Origin: Eledone cirrhosa
Taxonomy: Eukaryota
Direction: 5' to 3'
Assembly (NCBI GenBank): GCA_964016885.1
Contig: OZ024757.1
Location: 14,384,001-14,448,000 of the forward strand
DNA length: 64,000 nucleotides
Shown here: in pieces, positions 14,572 to 31,234 of the stretch
Numbering within the stretch: the first letter of the stretch is position 1
Layout: every line of letters begins with the position of its first letter
Translations under genes and position numbers: made by a program
Notes under the pieces: model-generated
Databases searched by the model: none
What the model saw: only the letters and a program-made list of their open reading frames with translations
What the model was told of the DNA's origin: nothing

Positions 14572-14637
<66 letters not shown>

Positions 14638-14725
14638 CGAAACAAAATATCTCTAGTGGTTAACTGATGTGATGGGACTACTGTCTGTATCCATTCATTT
14701 TCGTATCTTTGCCCATATTTTTTAT

Positions 14726-14773
<48 letters not shown>

Positions 14774-14879
14774 GTGTTTACATGTATATTCACACACACA
14801 CACATTTCTTATATATATAGAAACTGGATATTAACAGTTATGAAAAAAAGACCACTGTTACATGAAGTGCTAAATATAT

Positions 14880-14912
<33 letters not shown>

Positions 14913-14972
14913 AAAAAAGAAACAAACAAACAAAGAAACAAAGAAAGAAAGAAAAACAAAATGTCTGCCTAC

Positions 14973-15072
14973 TTTTCTGGATTGTGATGGCTTTCTCTTC
15001 CAACACTTTCTGTTCTCGGATCTTTTCACACTGGGCTACCAATTCTTCGACATGATAATATCGTAGAAATAC
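14973..15072 (-). CDS. MYO3: Myosin III exon: VFLRYYHVEEL...EKAITIQK (start of IQ1)
   Basis: VFL.YYHVE motif of myosin III; catag/gtaggc. Confidence 0.93.
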
Positions 15073-15218
15073 CTATGAACGCACAGCATATATATAAATA
15101 CATATCATCATCATCCTTTAACGTCCATCTTCCACTCTAGCATGGGTTAGACATATATAGATACATATATAAATACATATTAAATTAAAAATAAAAAGTT
15201 GAATGACATATATATATA

Positions 15219-18087
15219 GAGTCCATGGAGGCCATGGAGTTGGCACAAGAAATGAGGAAGGATTCAGACTTCTAGAATTCTGCGACGCCAATGACATGTC
15301 GATATGTAACACAAACTTCAAAAAACCCGACAACCACCTGATCACCTATAGATCAGGGGAGCATTCTAGTCAGATAGATTTTTATCCTCATCAGAGGACG
15401 TGACAGATGGACGGTCGTAAACACAAAAGCCTTCCCTAGTGAGGATTGTACATCCCAACATAGCTTAGTTGTCAGCGACCTCACAGTTAGAACTAGACGA
15501 ACCTGGAAACAGAGGCCAACCTGGAGAAGAAAGATCTGGAAGCTGAAAGACCCCTCAACCAGTAACAGATTTAAAGATATTTTACTCAACGCCTACGACA
15601 GTAAAGAAGAACAGATAGAGACATTCAATGTAGAAGAGCACTGGGAGTTCCTAAAAAATAACTTACTAGAGGCGACGGATGAGGTCTGTGGCTGGAGTAA
15701 GACCACAAGCAGGAGGAGAGTGACTTGGTGGTGGAACAATAAGGCAGATGAGGCCAAGAGACAGGCATGGAAAGAATGGAAGGACGGGGGGAGCAGGGTA
15801 CATTACATAGAGACCAAGAGGGAAGCTAGGCGACAAGTATGCTTAGCTAGGAGGGAAGCAGAGGATAGAAAATTCAAGCATGTTTTGCAATGTGAGGACC
15901 AGAAACAGGAGGTGTTCAAGATTGCGAGGCAGTGTGTCAGAGAGAATTGTGATGTCATTGGAGAGAAGTGTATCCGGAATGATAAAGGTGAGCTTGCCCT
16001 CACAAGTGCTGAGAAGAAAGATGCATGGAAGAGTCATTATGATAGATTACTAAATGAGGAGAATGCATGGGAAGAAGAGACCCTACCCCAAGTAGACCCT
16101 ATAGAGGGGCCAGCAGTACAGGTCAGCAGCAGCGTAGTAAGTAAGGCAATCAAAGATATGAAGATGGGGAAGGCAACCGGTCCATCGGGTATAGCTGCCG
16201 AGATGCTGAAGGCATCTGGGTCTGTAGGTCACACTATAACACACGTATTGTTAACCAGGTAATACTAGAAGGTGTCATACCAAAAGATTGGTGCAGTAAC
16301 ATCATTGTGAACTGCTACAAAGGAAAAAGGTGATGCACTCGATAGAGGAAACTATAGAGGTATAAAGCTGATGGACCAGGTCATGAAAGTAGCAGAAAGA
16401 GTTATAGCACAGTTGATTAGGGACCGGGTGAATCTAGATGAGATGCAATTTGGGTTTGTACCAGGAAGAGGCACCACTGATGCCCTCTTCCTTGTGAGGC
16501 AGTTACAGGAAAAGTACCTAGCTAAAAGTAAGCCACTCTACCTGGCATTCGTCGATCTTGAGAAAGCCTTTGACAGAGTTCCACGTGCTGTAATCTGGTG
16601 GGCTCTTAGAAAACTAGGAGTAGATGAATGGCTTGTGAAAGCTGTACAAGCCATGTATAGGGGAGCAGTCAGCAAAGTTAGGATTAGCAATGAGTATAGC
16701 GAGGAATTTAGCGTACAGGTTGGGGTCCACCAGGGCTCTGTTCTTAGCCCCTCCTGTTCATCATAGTCCTGCAGGCAATAACGGAGGAGTTTAAGACCGG
16801 ATGCCCATGGAAACTCCTATATGCTGATGACCTCGCACTTATAGCTGAATCTATGGTAGAACTAGAGAAGAAATTCCAAACTTGGAAGCAGGGACTAGAA
16901 AGAAAGGGTCTCAAAGTCAACATGACAAAGACTAGGGTCTTTGTAAGTAGACGAGAAGACAGAACCCAGATCCCCTCAGGGAAATGGCCTTGCTCAGTAT
17001 GTAGGAAAGGTGTAGGTAGGAACTCCATTCTCTGCCCCAAATGCAAACAATGGGTACACAAGAGATGTAGCGGGATCTCAGGAAGCTTAATTAAGAATGT
17101 AGGCTTCACATGCAGCAGCTGTGCTGGGACAGCAAGCAGCAAACAGCCACAGGAAACAAGTACCACCAATCTCTGGGAGGGCTCTGTAGAAACAGTAGAC
17201 AGCTTCTGCTACCTAGGTGACCGAATTAGCAGCGGAAGTGGGTGTTCAGAAAGTACAATAACTAGGGTAAGAACAGGATGGAAGAAGTTTAGGGAACTAC
17301 TACCACTGCTAGCTGCAAAAGGCTTCTCCCTCAAAATGAAAGGCAGACTGTATGATGCGTGTATCCGAATAGCGATGTTGCATGGTAGTGAGACCTGGGC
17401 GCTGAAGGTGGAAGACTTACGTAGATTGGAGAGAAACGAAGCCTGCATGCTCCGATGGATGTGTAATAGTAATATACGCGACCGACAAAGCATAAATGAA
17501 TTGAGAGAGAGACTGAGCATAAGAGGAATCAAATACTGTGTGCAGGAGAGGCGGTTGCATTGGTATGGACATGTGATGCGTATGAAGGATGACAGCTGCA
17601 TAAAAAGGTGCAGAGCACTAGAAGTCGATGGAAACCGTGGAGTGGGGAGACCCAAGATGACCTGGGATGAGGTGATAAAAGCCGACCTTACCCAATTACA
17701 CCTCTCAAAGGCGATGACACACGACCGTGACCTCTGGCGTCCCGCAGTAATACAGAGTACCCGACCTCCCATGGGTACAAGCTGAAGCATATAGACAATA
17801 TGCCCCCACACCCCCCACTGCAAGGTGGTCGTGGAGGTGCCACGGCAAAAAAGCACCCAGCCCACACTGTAAAATGGACGTGTAGGCGCCACGAAAAAGC
17901 ACCCAGCACTCACTGTAAATGAGGTTGGTGTTAGGAAGGGCATCCAGCTGTAGAAATCAAGCCAAATCAGTTCCTGTATGAGCAAAGCATGGTCAGCCGA
18001 CCAGACACTGCCCACAACAGGACAACCCATCTAACCCATGCTAGCGTGGAAGAACGGACGTAAAACGGTGATGATGATGATGATGAT
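15219..18087 (+). mobile_element. 5'-truncated, frameshifted RTE-clade LINE (end of APE endonuclease, RT, inserted Cys/His finger, 3' UTR, (GAT)n tail)
   Basis: SQIDF; QFGFVPGRGTTDA; FVDLEKAFDRV; GVHQGSVLSP; LYADD; CSVC..CPKCKQWVHKRC..CSSC; RLHWYGHVMR; several frameshifts. Confidence 0.95.
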
Positions 18088-19495
18088 ATATATAAAATAA
18101 ACACATCAAACAATTACAGGGGACAATTTGTAAAGAGTGTAACCACACATAGTTACAGAGGTAACATATTAAAAATTAACAAGATTCTTGAATATATAAT
18201 TTTAATTTAATATAAATGCTAGGATTTACTACTTAGAATCTTTGAGCTTATTCCACAGGTGGTATGGTGCATGCTTCTGATATTCTCAGACATGACATCT
18301 TTAATCTAATTTTGATAGTATATAAATACATATATAGATACATATATATATATCAATTTTATTTTTATTACATTAACAGTACATTTTCCAAATACATGTG
18401 TTATACTGGATGAGTCTAATAGAGTTCATCAGTTTGGCTACCTTGAAATTAATGTTTATATTAATTAGTTCAGTTCTTCTTTTATACAAGAGTTCCAAAG
18501 AAAGGGGTGATAATTATTATTGGTTAGGTGTGGAGGAGTGAAAAGGGAAGGCAACCCATGTTTTGTTGGAATAACAAATGAAGGTAGTTTATTTCAAATT
18601 TTTTAGGCTATTGGAGGGGAACTGTTAAGGAAATTCAAAAAGCTACAAGGGTTATATCCAATAAGGTAGATCTGTAGGAGGGGGTTGAATATGGTAGGCA
18701 CCTTAGGTGACTTACTGGACCTTAATGAGAGCCTCTCTATATTGGAGGCTTTTTCATAGACACTAAATGTTCTTAGAAAGAGGTGAAGTGTGTGTTGATT
18801 GTGTTCTATGTGTGAGATTCTTAGTCTGGGGTTTTCCAGTTTTAATTTGGACATGTGTGGGCAGAAGCTCAACAAGTCTGCTCTCGTATTTAGTCAGTTA
18901 TTCATGGATTGCAGCTTTTTAAGGATGTTCCATCTTTCATCTGAGCATAAATTACACAACTTCATTCTATTTATGCATAGGGCTTAAATCTTTCCAGAAT
19001 CCTCCATTTAATGGAGAAAACTGACAAGAAATTTAGGTTTATCACAAAAATCCTAACTGTTTTATTATAATATATACACGCACATATGTGCACATATGTG
19101 TATGCACTTCTCTTCTCTCCTACTAGTCTTAGAAGCCCTGGAAAGGGCCATAGGTATTGACCTTTACCAAATGACAAAAAAGTTTAAAGTTAAAAGTCTG
19201 TCTCAAGTATGGAGGCTCATCAGATTGATGCTGATCCTAGTTTCATTGGTGTTAAGCAACTGAGAGTATATGATTTGTCGATCACAGGGTTAAATCCCCA
19301 GCTACTGCCGGTACACATTTTCAGTTGAGTGGATTGGAGCAATATGAATTGAAGTGTTTTGTTCAAGATAACAACACACAACCAGTTCCAGGAATCGAAC
19401 CCACATCATTATCATTGTAATTCCAACGCCCTAACCACTAGGCCATATGCCTGACTTAACGGTGTAAGAAAAAAATCAAACAATAAGACACTCAC

Positions 19496-19607
19496 CTTGG
19501 TTTTGCCAAAAGCGTAGTCACTGAATCCGACATTCTGCAGAAGTGCAGAGCAGTTTTCTGCTCTCGCCTTTGGAGGTTTCACCCAGCTGGGCATTAATAT
19601 AAAATAT
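19496..19607 (-). CDS. MYO3: Myosin III exon, converter: YFILMP...DYAFGKTK
   Basis: GKTK motif; ttccag/gtgagt. Confidence 0.94.
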
Positions 19608-19749
19608 CTGGAAAATAATAGTTGATTATTGGCATGATTGTCATGATTCATGTTGATGTGGAGTCATTCATTCATTCTTCCCTTTACCAAGCCATGTCAA
19701 GAGATGTGATCATGATGTTGAGTAATCTCTCTTCTAAGATGTGTGTGTT

Positions 19750-19800
<51 letters not shown>

Positions 19801-19950
19801 TTGAGCAAAACCTGGTCCTTCGACCTGGAGATCTCACAACGAAACAGCCCAACCTTCCCATAGGAGCATGGAAAATGGATGTTAAACAATGATGATGATG
19901 ATGATATCATCATTACTGTATAATATCTATTTTCCACACTAGCATGGGTT

Positions 19951-19990
<40 letters not shown>

Positions 19991-20036
19991 GTGTATATCT
20001 GTATGTCTGTGAGTGAATGGTCTATGTATGTGTATG

Positions 20037-20087
<51 letters not shown>

Positions 20088-20140
20088 TTGGGTGGAGTGA
20101 ACCACAGTAACTGCACGTAACACTCCCTCTCTCTATATAT

Positions 20141-20180
<40 letters not shown>

Positions 20181-20428
20181 TTCCATGCACATGACACTAG
20201 CCACCACATCACCACCAACAACAACAACATATCATTGGCAGTATCGGTAGAGGGTCGGACGCCATGCTTTCCAGCATAGTTACGTCCCTTTACGATCTGA
20301 GTTCAAATCCCGCCGAGGTTGACTTTGCCTTTCATCCTTATGGGGTCGATAAAATAAAGTACCAGTAATGCACTGGGTAATTGCTGGCCTTGTGCCTAAA
20401 GTAGAAACAATTAATATGTAATACATAC

Positions 20429-20578
20429 CGCTGTAGAAACTCTCCAAACGGAACACGGTGAGAGTATCCCTCTCGACGTATTCTAGTGGTTTCGAGAACG
20501 CCAGTGTAGCGTAGCTGGGTCTTAATAAGCTGTTTGTCATAGACAGACGGAACTTTCTGGGTGTTTGGTTTCAGGCAA
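20429..20578 (-). CDS. MYO3: Myosin III exon: CLKPN...QLRYTGVLETTRIRREGYSHRVPFGEFLQR
   Basis: SH-helix region QLRYTGVLET.RIRR.GYSHR; tgtag/gtatgt. Confidence 0.96.
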
Positions 20579-20698
20579 CTACACATGACAAAAAAGAGAG
20601 AGAGAACAAGTGAGAGATGCAGAGATAGAAGAAAATGTGTATGAAATAACCTGCTACATGTGTTCCAGTCCCTTCACAATCAAATCTCTATATATATT

Positions 20699-21310
20699 TA
20701 ACTAGCCGAATTACCCGCACATTGCTGCGTTTCACACATTTTTTTGCAAGAAAATGATGATTGATTTTAAATCAGTGATATAATTTATGGAGAAAAACTC
20801 TGCATTTCAATATTACTCAATGTAAAATGTAATGCATGAAAAATTGGAAAACATTATTTTTTTGTAATATATCAAATTAAAATTACATTATTAAATCTTA
20901 TTCTTATTTTGTTTCTTGTAAATAATGTTTTTCAAAATATCAATTCAAAACTTGATCATTTCATTTTTGTGTAAAGCATTATTTTATTTGGGCTTCCAAA
21001 ATGTTCACTATAGGGGGTTTAAACCCCTTTAGGGTGTCTTGATATTATTGAAATTTGCTGAAATTTTGTGAATAGGCATCTGTCATTTACCTATGGTTTA
21101 AATTTCATATAAATCAAAGGGAAAACATTTTCAGTGGGGGTTTGTGCCCCCGGGAAACCCTTTCATTAAAATGAAATATATTTATCCAAGAACCCTGGGC
21201 AATGTAGTTTCAGAATATATATGGTTATGGGGATCTATCTCCAAAACCATAGGAGGAGTTCATGAACAAACAAACAAACAGACAGGAACTACAACTTTAT
21301 ATATATAGAT
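20699..21310 (+). mobile_element. Non-autonomous Helitron/Helentron-like element
   Basis: 5' taactagccgaattacccgc; 3' (acaa)n-acag microsatellite and atatatagat end; internal hairpin. Confidence 0.55.
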
Positions 21311-21668
21311 ATATAATAGTACAGTATAACATTAACCCTTTTGAATGAAATAACCTGCTACACGTGTTCCAGTCCTTCACAACTAAATCTATATCTATAT
21401 ATATATTGTAGTACTGTATAACATTAACATTAGTACCTTTGTTGTTTGGCTGCTGCACCTTATTATTATAAAGTTACATATATTAAGGTGGCCAGGCAAC
21501 ATTGGTCTTCACCCAGCCCTTAAATCTCTCACATGTCACCCCTCGGTAAACCACTTCAGTTATACTATTATAACTACTACTACTACTACATTATAACTAC
21601 TACTACTGTTACCACCACCACCACTACTACTACTACTACAATAAATTATGTGAAAGTGGAGTACCTAC

Positions 21669-21790
21669 CGAACAAAATGTGGAGTTCCTGCGACCATCTT
21701 GGAAAGCAGGTCCATAAGAGAATACCGGAAATAGGATGACACTGTCTGCTGAATACGAGTCATGCTGGTTGATCCCTGTCCATGGCTCAT
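21669..21790 (-). CDS. MYO3: Myosin III exon: [41 protein letters not shown]
   Basis: [24 protein letters not shown] is typical of class III myosins; ttccag/gtaggt. Confidence 0.96.
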
Positions 21791-22264
21791 CTGGAAATGG
21801 CAAAGATAGAGGAGAGATTGAGTGAGGCTTGAGTGTGAGTGGAGTTTAGAGTTCGAGTAGGGCTTCGAGTTTGAGTAGCGCTTAGAGTTTCAATGGGGCT
21901 TAGTGTGAAAGAAAGCAAACATTAGATTTGAAAGGCTTCCCAGATGCCATATGTGCATGTTTGTATGTGTATGTTTGCTTGTATGTATGTGTGTGTGTGT
22001 ATTTTTGTATATGTGTGTGTATGTACGTGTGTGTTTGTATGTGTGTGTGTGTGTGTATGTGTATGTTTGTGTGTCTTTATCAACAGAGATTTCTGATTCC
22101 ATGTGTGCATGTGTGTGTGTGCGTGCGTGCGCATATGTATGTGTGTGTATCTGCATTTTAGTGTGTGCGTGTGAGAGAGAGAGAGAGTATATATATATAT
22201 ATATATATATATGGCAAGACTGGAATTTAACCATCAGCACAGTTGAGGTATGTCAGACATCAAT

Positions 22265-22334
22265 TTATTTTATCTGATGAGGACGTACTGAGGAAACACC
22301 ACAGTACCTCTGAAATATATATATAATAAAATAA
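22265..22334 (+). ncRNA. Type I hammerhead motif; second copy at 25961-26018
   Basis: TTATTTTAT CTGATGA GG..GTACTG..CAGTAC.. GAAA TATATATA TA ATAAAATAA. Confidence 0.65.
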
Positions 22335-23649
22335 TTTGATCACATGAATGTCTATATTTATTAATATTTTGAATTAATATATATATATATATATATATAC
22401 ATATATATGGAGGCACATGGCTTAGTGGTTAGAGCATTGGCCTTGAGGTTGGTGTTAGGAAGGGCATCCGGCTGTAGAAATCAAGCCAGCATCAGTTCCC
22501 GTCCCACCCTTGCAAGCAGGGAAAAGCGGACGTAAAATGAAATGATGATGATATATATTTGACAACTGGTACTTACCAGATACCATTACATGTATTTGAA
22601 TGTGTGTGTATGATTGCATTCATACTGTATGCATATTGTGTGCATGTGTGTTTGCATATGTGTGTATATCAGTCAGCATTCAAGATGTTGTATCAACTGG
22701 GCACATTACTAGATTCTACATCAGTACATAGTAATAGTTTAACGCTAAAGGAAAAACAAAATAGGAAGAAGTGTTAAACTAATACTATAAAGTGTATTCC
22801 GGTTTTTATTTTCCATTCCTGATACCTGTTCAGAAGAGTGTGTGTAGTTGTGGAAAGAAGAGAGAAAACCACACAAGGAGGGAAAGTGTGGGGGGGGGGG
22901 GCACACAAAGAGGGAGAGAAGGGGAGAAAGATAGAGAATAACAAAAGAGATATAGAGGAAGTGGAGAAATGTGAAAGAGATCAAACACAGCAAAAGTGAA
23001 AAATTATATATATATATATATATATACATATACATACATACATATATATACATACATACACATATATACATATACATACATATATACATACATACATATA
23101 TACATATATATAATTGTGGGTCCAAACAAAAGAAATGAGCAATCAACACAAAATGTGGAAGTTGAGTATTTATGCCAATAGTTTAACTTCATTTCACACC
23201 ACCAGAAGTTTCAAAATGAAAACATGACTAAATCATCAGGGGCATTTTCATTTTGTTAAATGCACCTGATGATGTAGACATCATGAAACCACAGGTAGTG
23301 CAGAGGTAACACAAACTGTTAATATATATATACATGGCTTAGTGGTTAGAGCATTGGCCTTGCAATCGAAAGGTTTTGAGTTCAATTCTCAGACCGGGTG
23401 ATGTGTTGTTTCCTTGAGCAAGACACTTTATTTCACATTGCTCCAGTTTACTCAGCTGTAGAAATGAGATGATAAGGACTGGGGTCCATATCATTCCACT
23501 GCAAAGTGGTCGTGGAGGTGCACGGCAAAAAAGAACCCAGCACTCACTGTAAATGAGATTGGTGTTAGGAAGGGCATCCAGCTGTAGAAATCAAGCCAGA
23601 ATCAGTTTCCGTCCCACCCTTGCAAGCAGAGTAAAGCGGATGTAAACAA

Positions 23650-23685
<36 letters not shown>

Positions 23686-23735
23686 TCAAGAAAGAAGAGT
23701 GACATGGTTTGCTATACAATAAGGGCTTTCTCGTA

Positions 23736-23843
23736 TGCTCTGATGAATAGACTGGTTATAACAAATTATTGGTGATCGATTGACACAAAAACAGGTGGGT
23801 AGCGATCTCTAGACCTACCAGTTCGGAGAAACAATTGTCAGCA
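23736..23843 (+). ncRNA. Type I hammerhead motif with long stem II, inside a fold-back element
   Basis: TGCT CTGATGA ..ACTGGT...ACCAGT.. GAAA CAATTG TC AGCA. Confidence 0.6.
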
Positions 23844-26150
23844 ATGTGAATAAAACCCTTATTGTATAGCAAACCATGTCACTCTTCTTGATTTATTATT
23901 ACTCCAAGTGTAAACTACATAGAAATCACCGCGTGCTTGCAGCATCACTATGGAAATGTCTTGTTGAGTCAAACTTAGCCAAGCGTCAATACTATCCACT
24001 ACTCGGAGTACCCTAACTGCACTACATCTAAGTGGACTACCTATAACAATAATTTGTTATCCCATATATATATATAACAAAGGAATTGTGGTAAGGAACC
24101 AGATGGACCATAATGCACCAGAGTACTCAATACTTAGGGTAGTAGAGTGGGAAATAGGAAAAAGTATGACCCCAACGGCAGAGCTCAAGCCGTTTCGACG
24201 GCTATTTCTGGACTGAAATAGCCGTCGAAACGGCTTGAGCTCTGCCATTGGGGTCAAACTTTTACCTATATATAGTGGTAAAACACCAGGAAGGTATATC
24301 TGTAGTAAGTAGAGCTCTCAGTCCATAGGACGAGGTCGGTATAAAGTTAGTTCCAGTTGTTTCCTTGAGCAAGACACTTTATTTCACATTGCTCCAGTTT
24401 ACTCAGCTGTAGAAATGAGATGATAGGGACTGGGGTCCCTATCATTCCACTGCAACGTGGTCGTGGAGGTGCCACGGAAAAAAAGCACCCAGCACTCACT
24501 GTAAATGAGGTTGGTGTTAGGAAGGGCATCCAGCTGTAGAAATTAAGCCAGAATCAGTTCCCGTCCCACCCTTGCAAGCAGGGAAAAAGTGGACGTAAAA
24601 AAATGAAATGAAAAAAAAATGAAAAATATATATATCCAGTTATAATAAATACTAAGACTAAAATCCAGAGAGAACTTGATTAGGTTTGCATACATACATA
24701 TATAGAAGTATATATAAATATATATATTTACCCATAGAGCTAATATTTATTATTAGCACAGATTAAAAGTTTAAGCAAACATTTTCTGAGTTTCTGAAGA
24801 TCCTGTTATGAGTGAAGGCAGTGCTTGCTGAAACTTTTAATCTGTGCTAATTATATGTATATATATATTAAAATAACAGATTAAAGTTTAAGCAAAGAAT
24901 CGTTGCTTTCACTCTTAACAGGATCTTCTGAAACTCTATTGAAGTAGCCACACATGTTTTATTTAACACAAGAAGATCCCATTAAGGGTGAAAGCAGCGA
25001 TTCTTTGCTTAAACTTTAACCTGTTATTTTAATAAATAATTGCTCTACGGGTTTTTAAATATATTTATATATATATATATAATCCTTATCGAGCCCTCTT
25101 CTGGTGGATTGGCAGTATCGGTAGAGGGTCAGACGCAATGCTTTCCAGCATAGTTACGTCCCTTTACGATCTGAGTTCAAATCCCGCCGAGGTTGACTTT
25201 GCCTTTCATCCTTACGGGGTCGATAAAATAAAGTACCAGTAATGCCTTGTGCCTAAATTAGAAACAATTATTACTATATATATATATATCATCATCATCA
25301 TCAGGTTTAGCGTCCGTGTTCCACGCTTGCAAGGGTTTGGACGGGGGTTTTCCCACTTGAGGCAAGAGTGGTTGTCTTGCTCGCATAGGACTGTCTGGCG
25401 GGTTTTCTACAGTTGGATGCCCTTCCTAACACCAACCACATTTACAGTGTGGGGCTGGGAGGTTTTTACCGTGTTGCCTACACGGCCACATTACAGCGTG
25501 GACTGTCTGGCGGGTTTTCTACAGCTGGATGCCCTTCCTAACACCAACCACATTAACAGTGTGGGGCTGGGAGGTTTTTACCGTGTTGCCTACACGGCCA
25601 CATTTACAGCGTGGACTGTGTGTTTTTTGTCGTGACACCTACACGATCTCATTTGTTTCGGCCTGGATGTTGTGGGACCAACATAACTTTACATTGAAAG
25701 GGGCGGTGTGGGTGGGGTGGAGGTGGTGGGACGGGGGTGTGTTTTGATAGAGATGCCTACTGACTGTAGTAGGTTTTTACATATATACTCACCCCCTCCT
25801 AATACTTATATCTCGCTACTTATCCCTCTCCGTCATATTTAGTTTGTCACACTTTTACTTGTGGTATATAAATATTGAGTTTTGTTGTAATAAATCACTG
25901 CCAAGACTGGAATTGAACCATCAGCACGGTTGAGGTATGTCATACATCAATTTATCTATTTTATCTGATGAGGACGTACTGAAAAAACAACACAGTACCT
26001 CCGAAATATATATAATGATTATGTGAATGTCTTCATTTATTAATATTTTGAATAATATTAATAACTCCAGAAAACTTTCTTGTTGAGTGCTTTTAATCTA
26101 TTGTAAAACTATATTCATTGAATAATCAATGAACCTTGTTTAACATTTGG

Positions 26151-26193
<43 letters not shown>

Positions 26194-26320
26194 CAGGACC
26201 ACCAGAGATGGAAGACACTGGTGGACTTGGGTGGCTCTACATACAGTGATGCTTCTGGCTTAAGATGGCCCTGGCCTCGTTGAGGAAGAGCAAGAAGAAT
26301 ATATATATATAGATATATAT

Positions 26321-26379
<59 letters not shown>

Positions 26380-26382
26380 TGT

Positions 26383-26660
26383 GTGGAGGCACGTGGCCTA
26401 GTGGTAAGAGTGTTGGACTTACGATCATAATGTCGTGGGCTCGATTCCTGGGCTGTGTGTTGTGTTCTTGAGCAAAACACTTCATTTCACGTTGCTCCAG
26501 TATACTCAGCTGAAAATGAGTACCAGAAATAGCTAGAGGTTTAACCCTGCAATGGACTGGTGTCCTGTCCAGGGAGGGGAGTCTTCTACTCTCAGTCGCT
26601 TCACGCCATGAAACCGGGATAAGCACCGGCCTTCTGGCTTAAGACAGACTTTAGACTTTT
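26383..26660 (+). mobile_element. tRNA-derived SINE family C. Related copies at about 59190-59419(-), 19195-19450(-), 47885-48005(-)
   Basis: tggcctagtgg and ggctcgattcc boxes; cttgagcaa core. Confidence 0.8.
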
Positions 26661-26939
26661 TTTTTTTTAGATATATATATATATTAATTAATTATAAATT
26701 ATATATATATATAAGGGCAGTGATGAAGGGGTTCGTCAAAAAAACACAACGCACCATGTCACACCACACACATATATAAAATAAAACACACGCATGTAGG
26801 AAGAAAAAAAAAACGAAAAATCATGCAGCAGAAGTTGAAAGCAAAGCAACACTATCATTTGAGGGTGGATAACCACAAGTTGTTGCTGTATTGAAGTAGC
26901 CACACATATTTTATTTAACCTAGGGTGACAAATACTTAC

Positions 26940-26948
26940 AGTTTTATA
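26940..26948 (-). CDS. MYO3: Candidate 9-nt microexon (TAT AAA ACT = YKT) in loop 2
   Basis: Long pyrimidine tract ...ctctcttcctatctgtttgtgtctttgacag|TATAAAACT|gtaagta; phase 0/0. Confidence 0.6.
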
Positions 26949-27437
26949 CTGTCAAAGACACAAACAGATAGGAAGAGAGAGAGGAAAAAACAGAAACAGA
27001 AAAAAAATACAGATTAACTTTTAAAGTAGCAATGGCATCCATTTATGACAAGCTGTTCACACATATAAACATATTTTTTAGCACAACTAGAGAGTATATA
27101 GAACATCCATCGATTTAGAGTCATTAACCTTAGAAATATGGAAATATATAAAAGATATATTGAAATAATCGAGCAATTGAAACCGTTTAAGACAATCTGT
27201 ACATCATCATCGTTTAACGTCTATCTTCCACGCTAGCATGGGCTTAGACATATATATATAACTATATGTGCATATATATATATATATATATATGTGCATA
27301 TATAAATTAATAAAAATAATGAATAAAAACAAAGAAACAGTTCCTTATATTAAAAAATTCATTATTTTACGATCGTTTCTAGGATATATATGTTTGTGTT
27401 GGTACCAACACAAACATATATATCCTAGAAACGATCG

Positions 27438-29480
<2,043 letters not shown>

Positions 29481-29905
29481 CATCATCATCGTTTAACGTC
29501 CACTTTCCACGCTAGCATGGGTTAGACGGCTATATATGTGCATATATATATATATATATGTGCATATATATAAATATATATATATGTGCATTTATATATA
29601 TATATATTTTTATATATCTATATCCAGGGAGTGTAATGCGGAGTTACTGTAGGTTCACGCAGGTGAGCACTCGATGTTTAGCTTCACGCCGGTATCGTGG
29701 TGTAGAGCTAGACAGAGTGTAGTATAATAATACAAGGACGAATGGTTACTCCTTCATTATGTTTATTCCTTGGTGACGCACATTTCCCTATTGATTACAG
29801 AATCAGGCTAGATCAATACAGATCAAATCTTGAGCTGATCAATAGCGAAACATGCATCAACAACCAATAAACGTAATAAAGGAGTAACCATTCAACCTTG
29901 TTTTA

Positions 29906-29944
<39 letters not shown>

Positions 29945-30000
29945 CATATAGCTGTCATCAAAATGTGTATATCACCCTCCCTCAGAGATCCGTTTATTGC

Positions 30001-30031
<31 letters not shown>

Positions 30032-30352
30032 GCTGTTATCTTGACTGTAGCTGTCATCAAAATGTCTAATTCGCCCCCTCTCAGAAAGAAGTGTTTTTTT
30101 CTGCCAGCAGCATATCACAAAATCGAATTTCATCTGAGGATACCCTTCTCATAACAACAACAAATGCATGAATTACATCTTGATTGCATGGAGGAACCGT
30201 TGTAATAATTATTATGAATAAACGATTTAAGTAACATCAACATCTTTTTTAACGTTATTATTATACTGAATCTCCATTGTAACTACACACTACAAATCTT
30301 GAGAGCTTTCTCCTGCTTGCTCCTGTTTTTACCAAAACAATCACTTCAGAAC

Positions 30353-30407
<55 letters not shown>

Positions 30408-30796
30408 GTAGGAGGTGAGTTTTATTGTAGTACAATAAAGCAATGCAGATATCGGATAAGAAGTACTCTACAGTTTGTAGGACTGGAGTATACATAATAT
30501 ATAAGATCAAAAGATGTTTAAATGAGTTCCATGTATTTTATTATGTGCATTTCAAAAACAAATATCATCATGCAATAACATTTGTGTTTTCATCAGATAA
30601 AATAGGAGGACATGATATGAAGGTTAAAAACACTTGTGGATAGTGATTTAAAACTGCACTATCCACAAGTGTTTTTAACCTTCATATCATGTCCTCCTAT
30701 TTTATCTGATGAAAACACAAATGTTATTGCATGATGATATTTGTTTTTGAAATGCGCATAATAAAATACATGGAACTCATTTAACCATCTTTTGAT

Positions 30797-30856
<60 letters not shown>

Positions 30857-30918
30857 GGTATGTGTGTGTATTTATATAGAATAGCAACCACCTGTAACTG
30901 TATTTACACATTTACCTA

Positions 30919-30950
<32 letters not shown>

Positions 30951-31001
30951 GTATTATACATATATGCATAGATACATAATATATATGTATGTATCTATCT
31001 A

Positions 31002-31046
<45 letters not shown>

Positions 31047-31234
31047 GTGTATGTGTGTATGTATGCATGTATTATAATCTAATATACATATTTCTATGAA
31101 ACAATTCAAAAGAAAAAGAAAAGGAAATGTGCAATAAGAATTTAGGAGAACTGAACCATGCGCCTCTTGCTGACTGAGTTAAGTGTATAATCTCCCGCTA
31201 CATAAATGTGTCTTTAATCAGTTGCTCCTATTCC

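Noticed and set aside
22577-22624. 48-nt AG..GTAAGT segment starting TATGAA in the loop 2 intron
   Set aside because: In-frame TAA and no pyrimidine tract; a poison exon cannot be supported.
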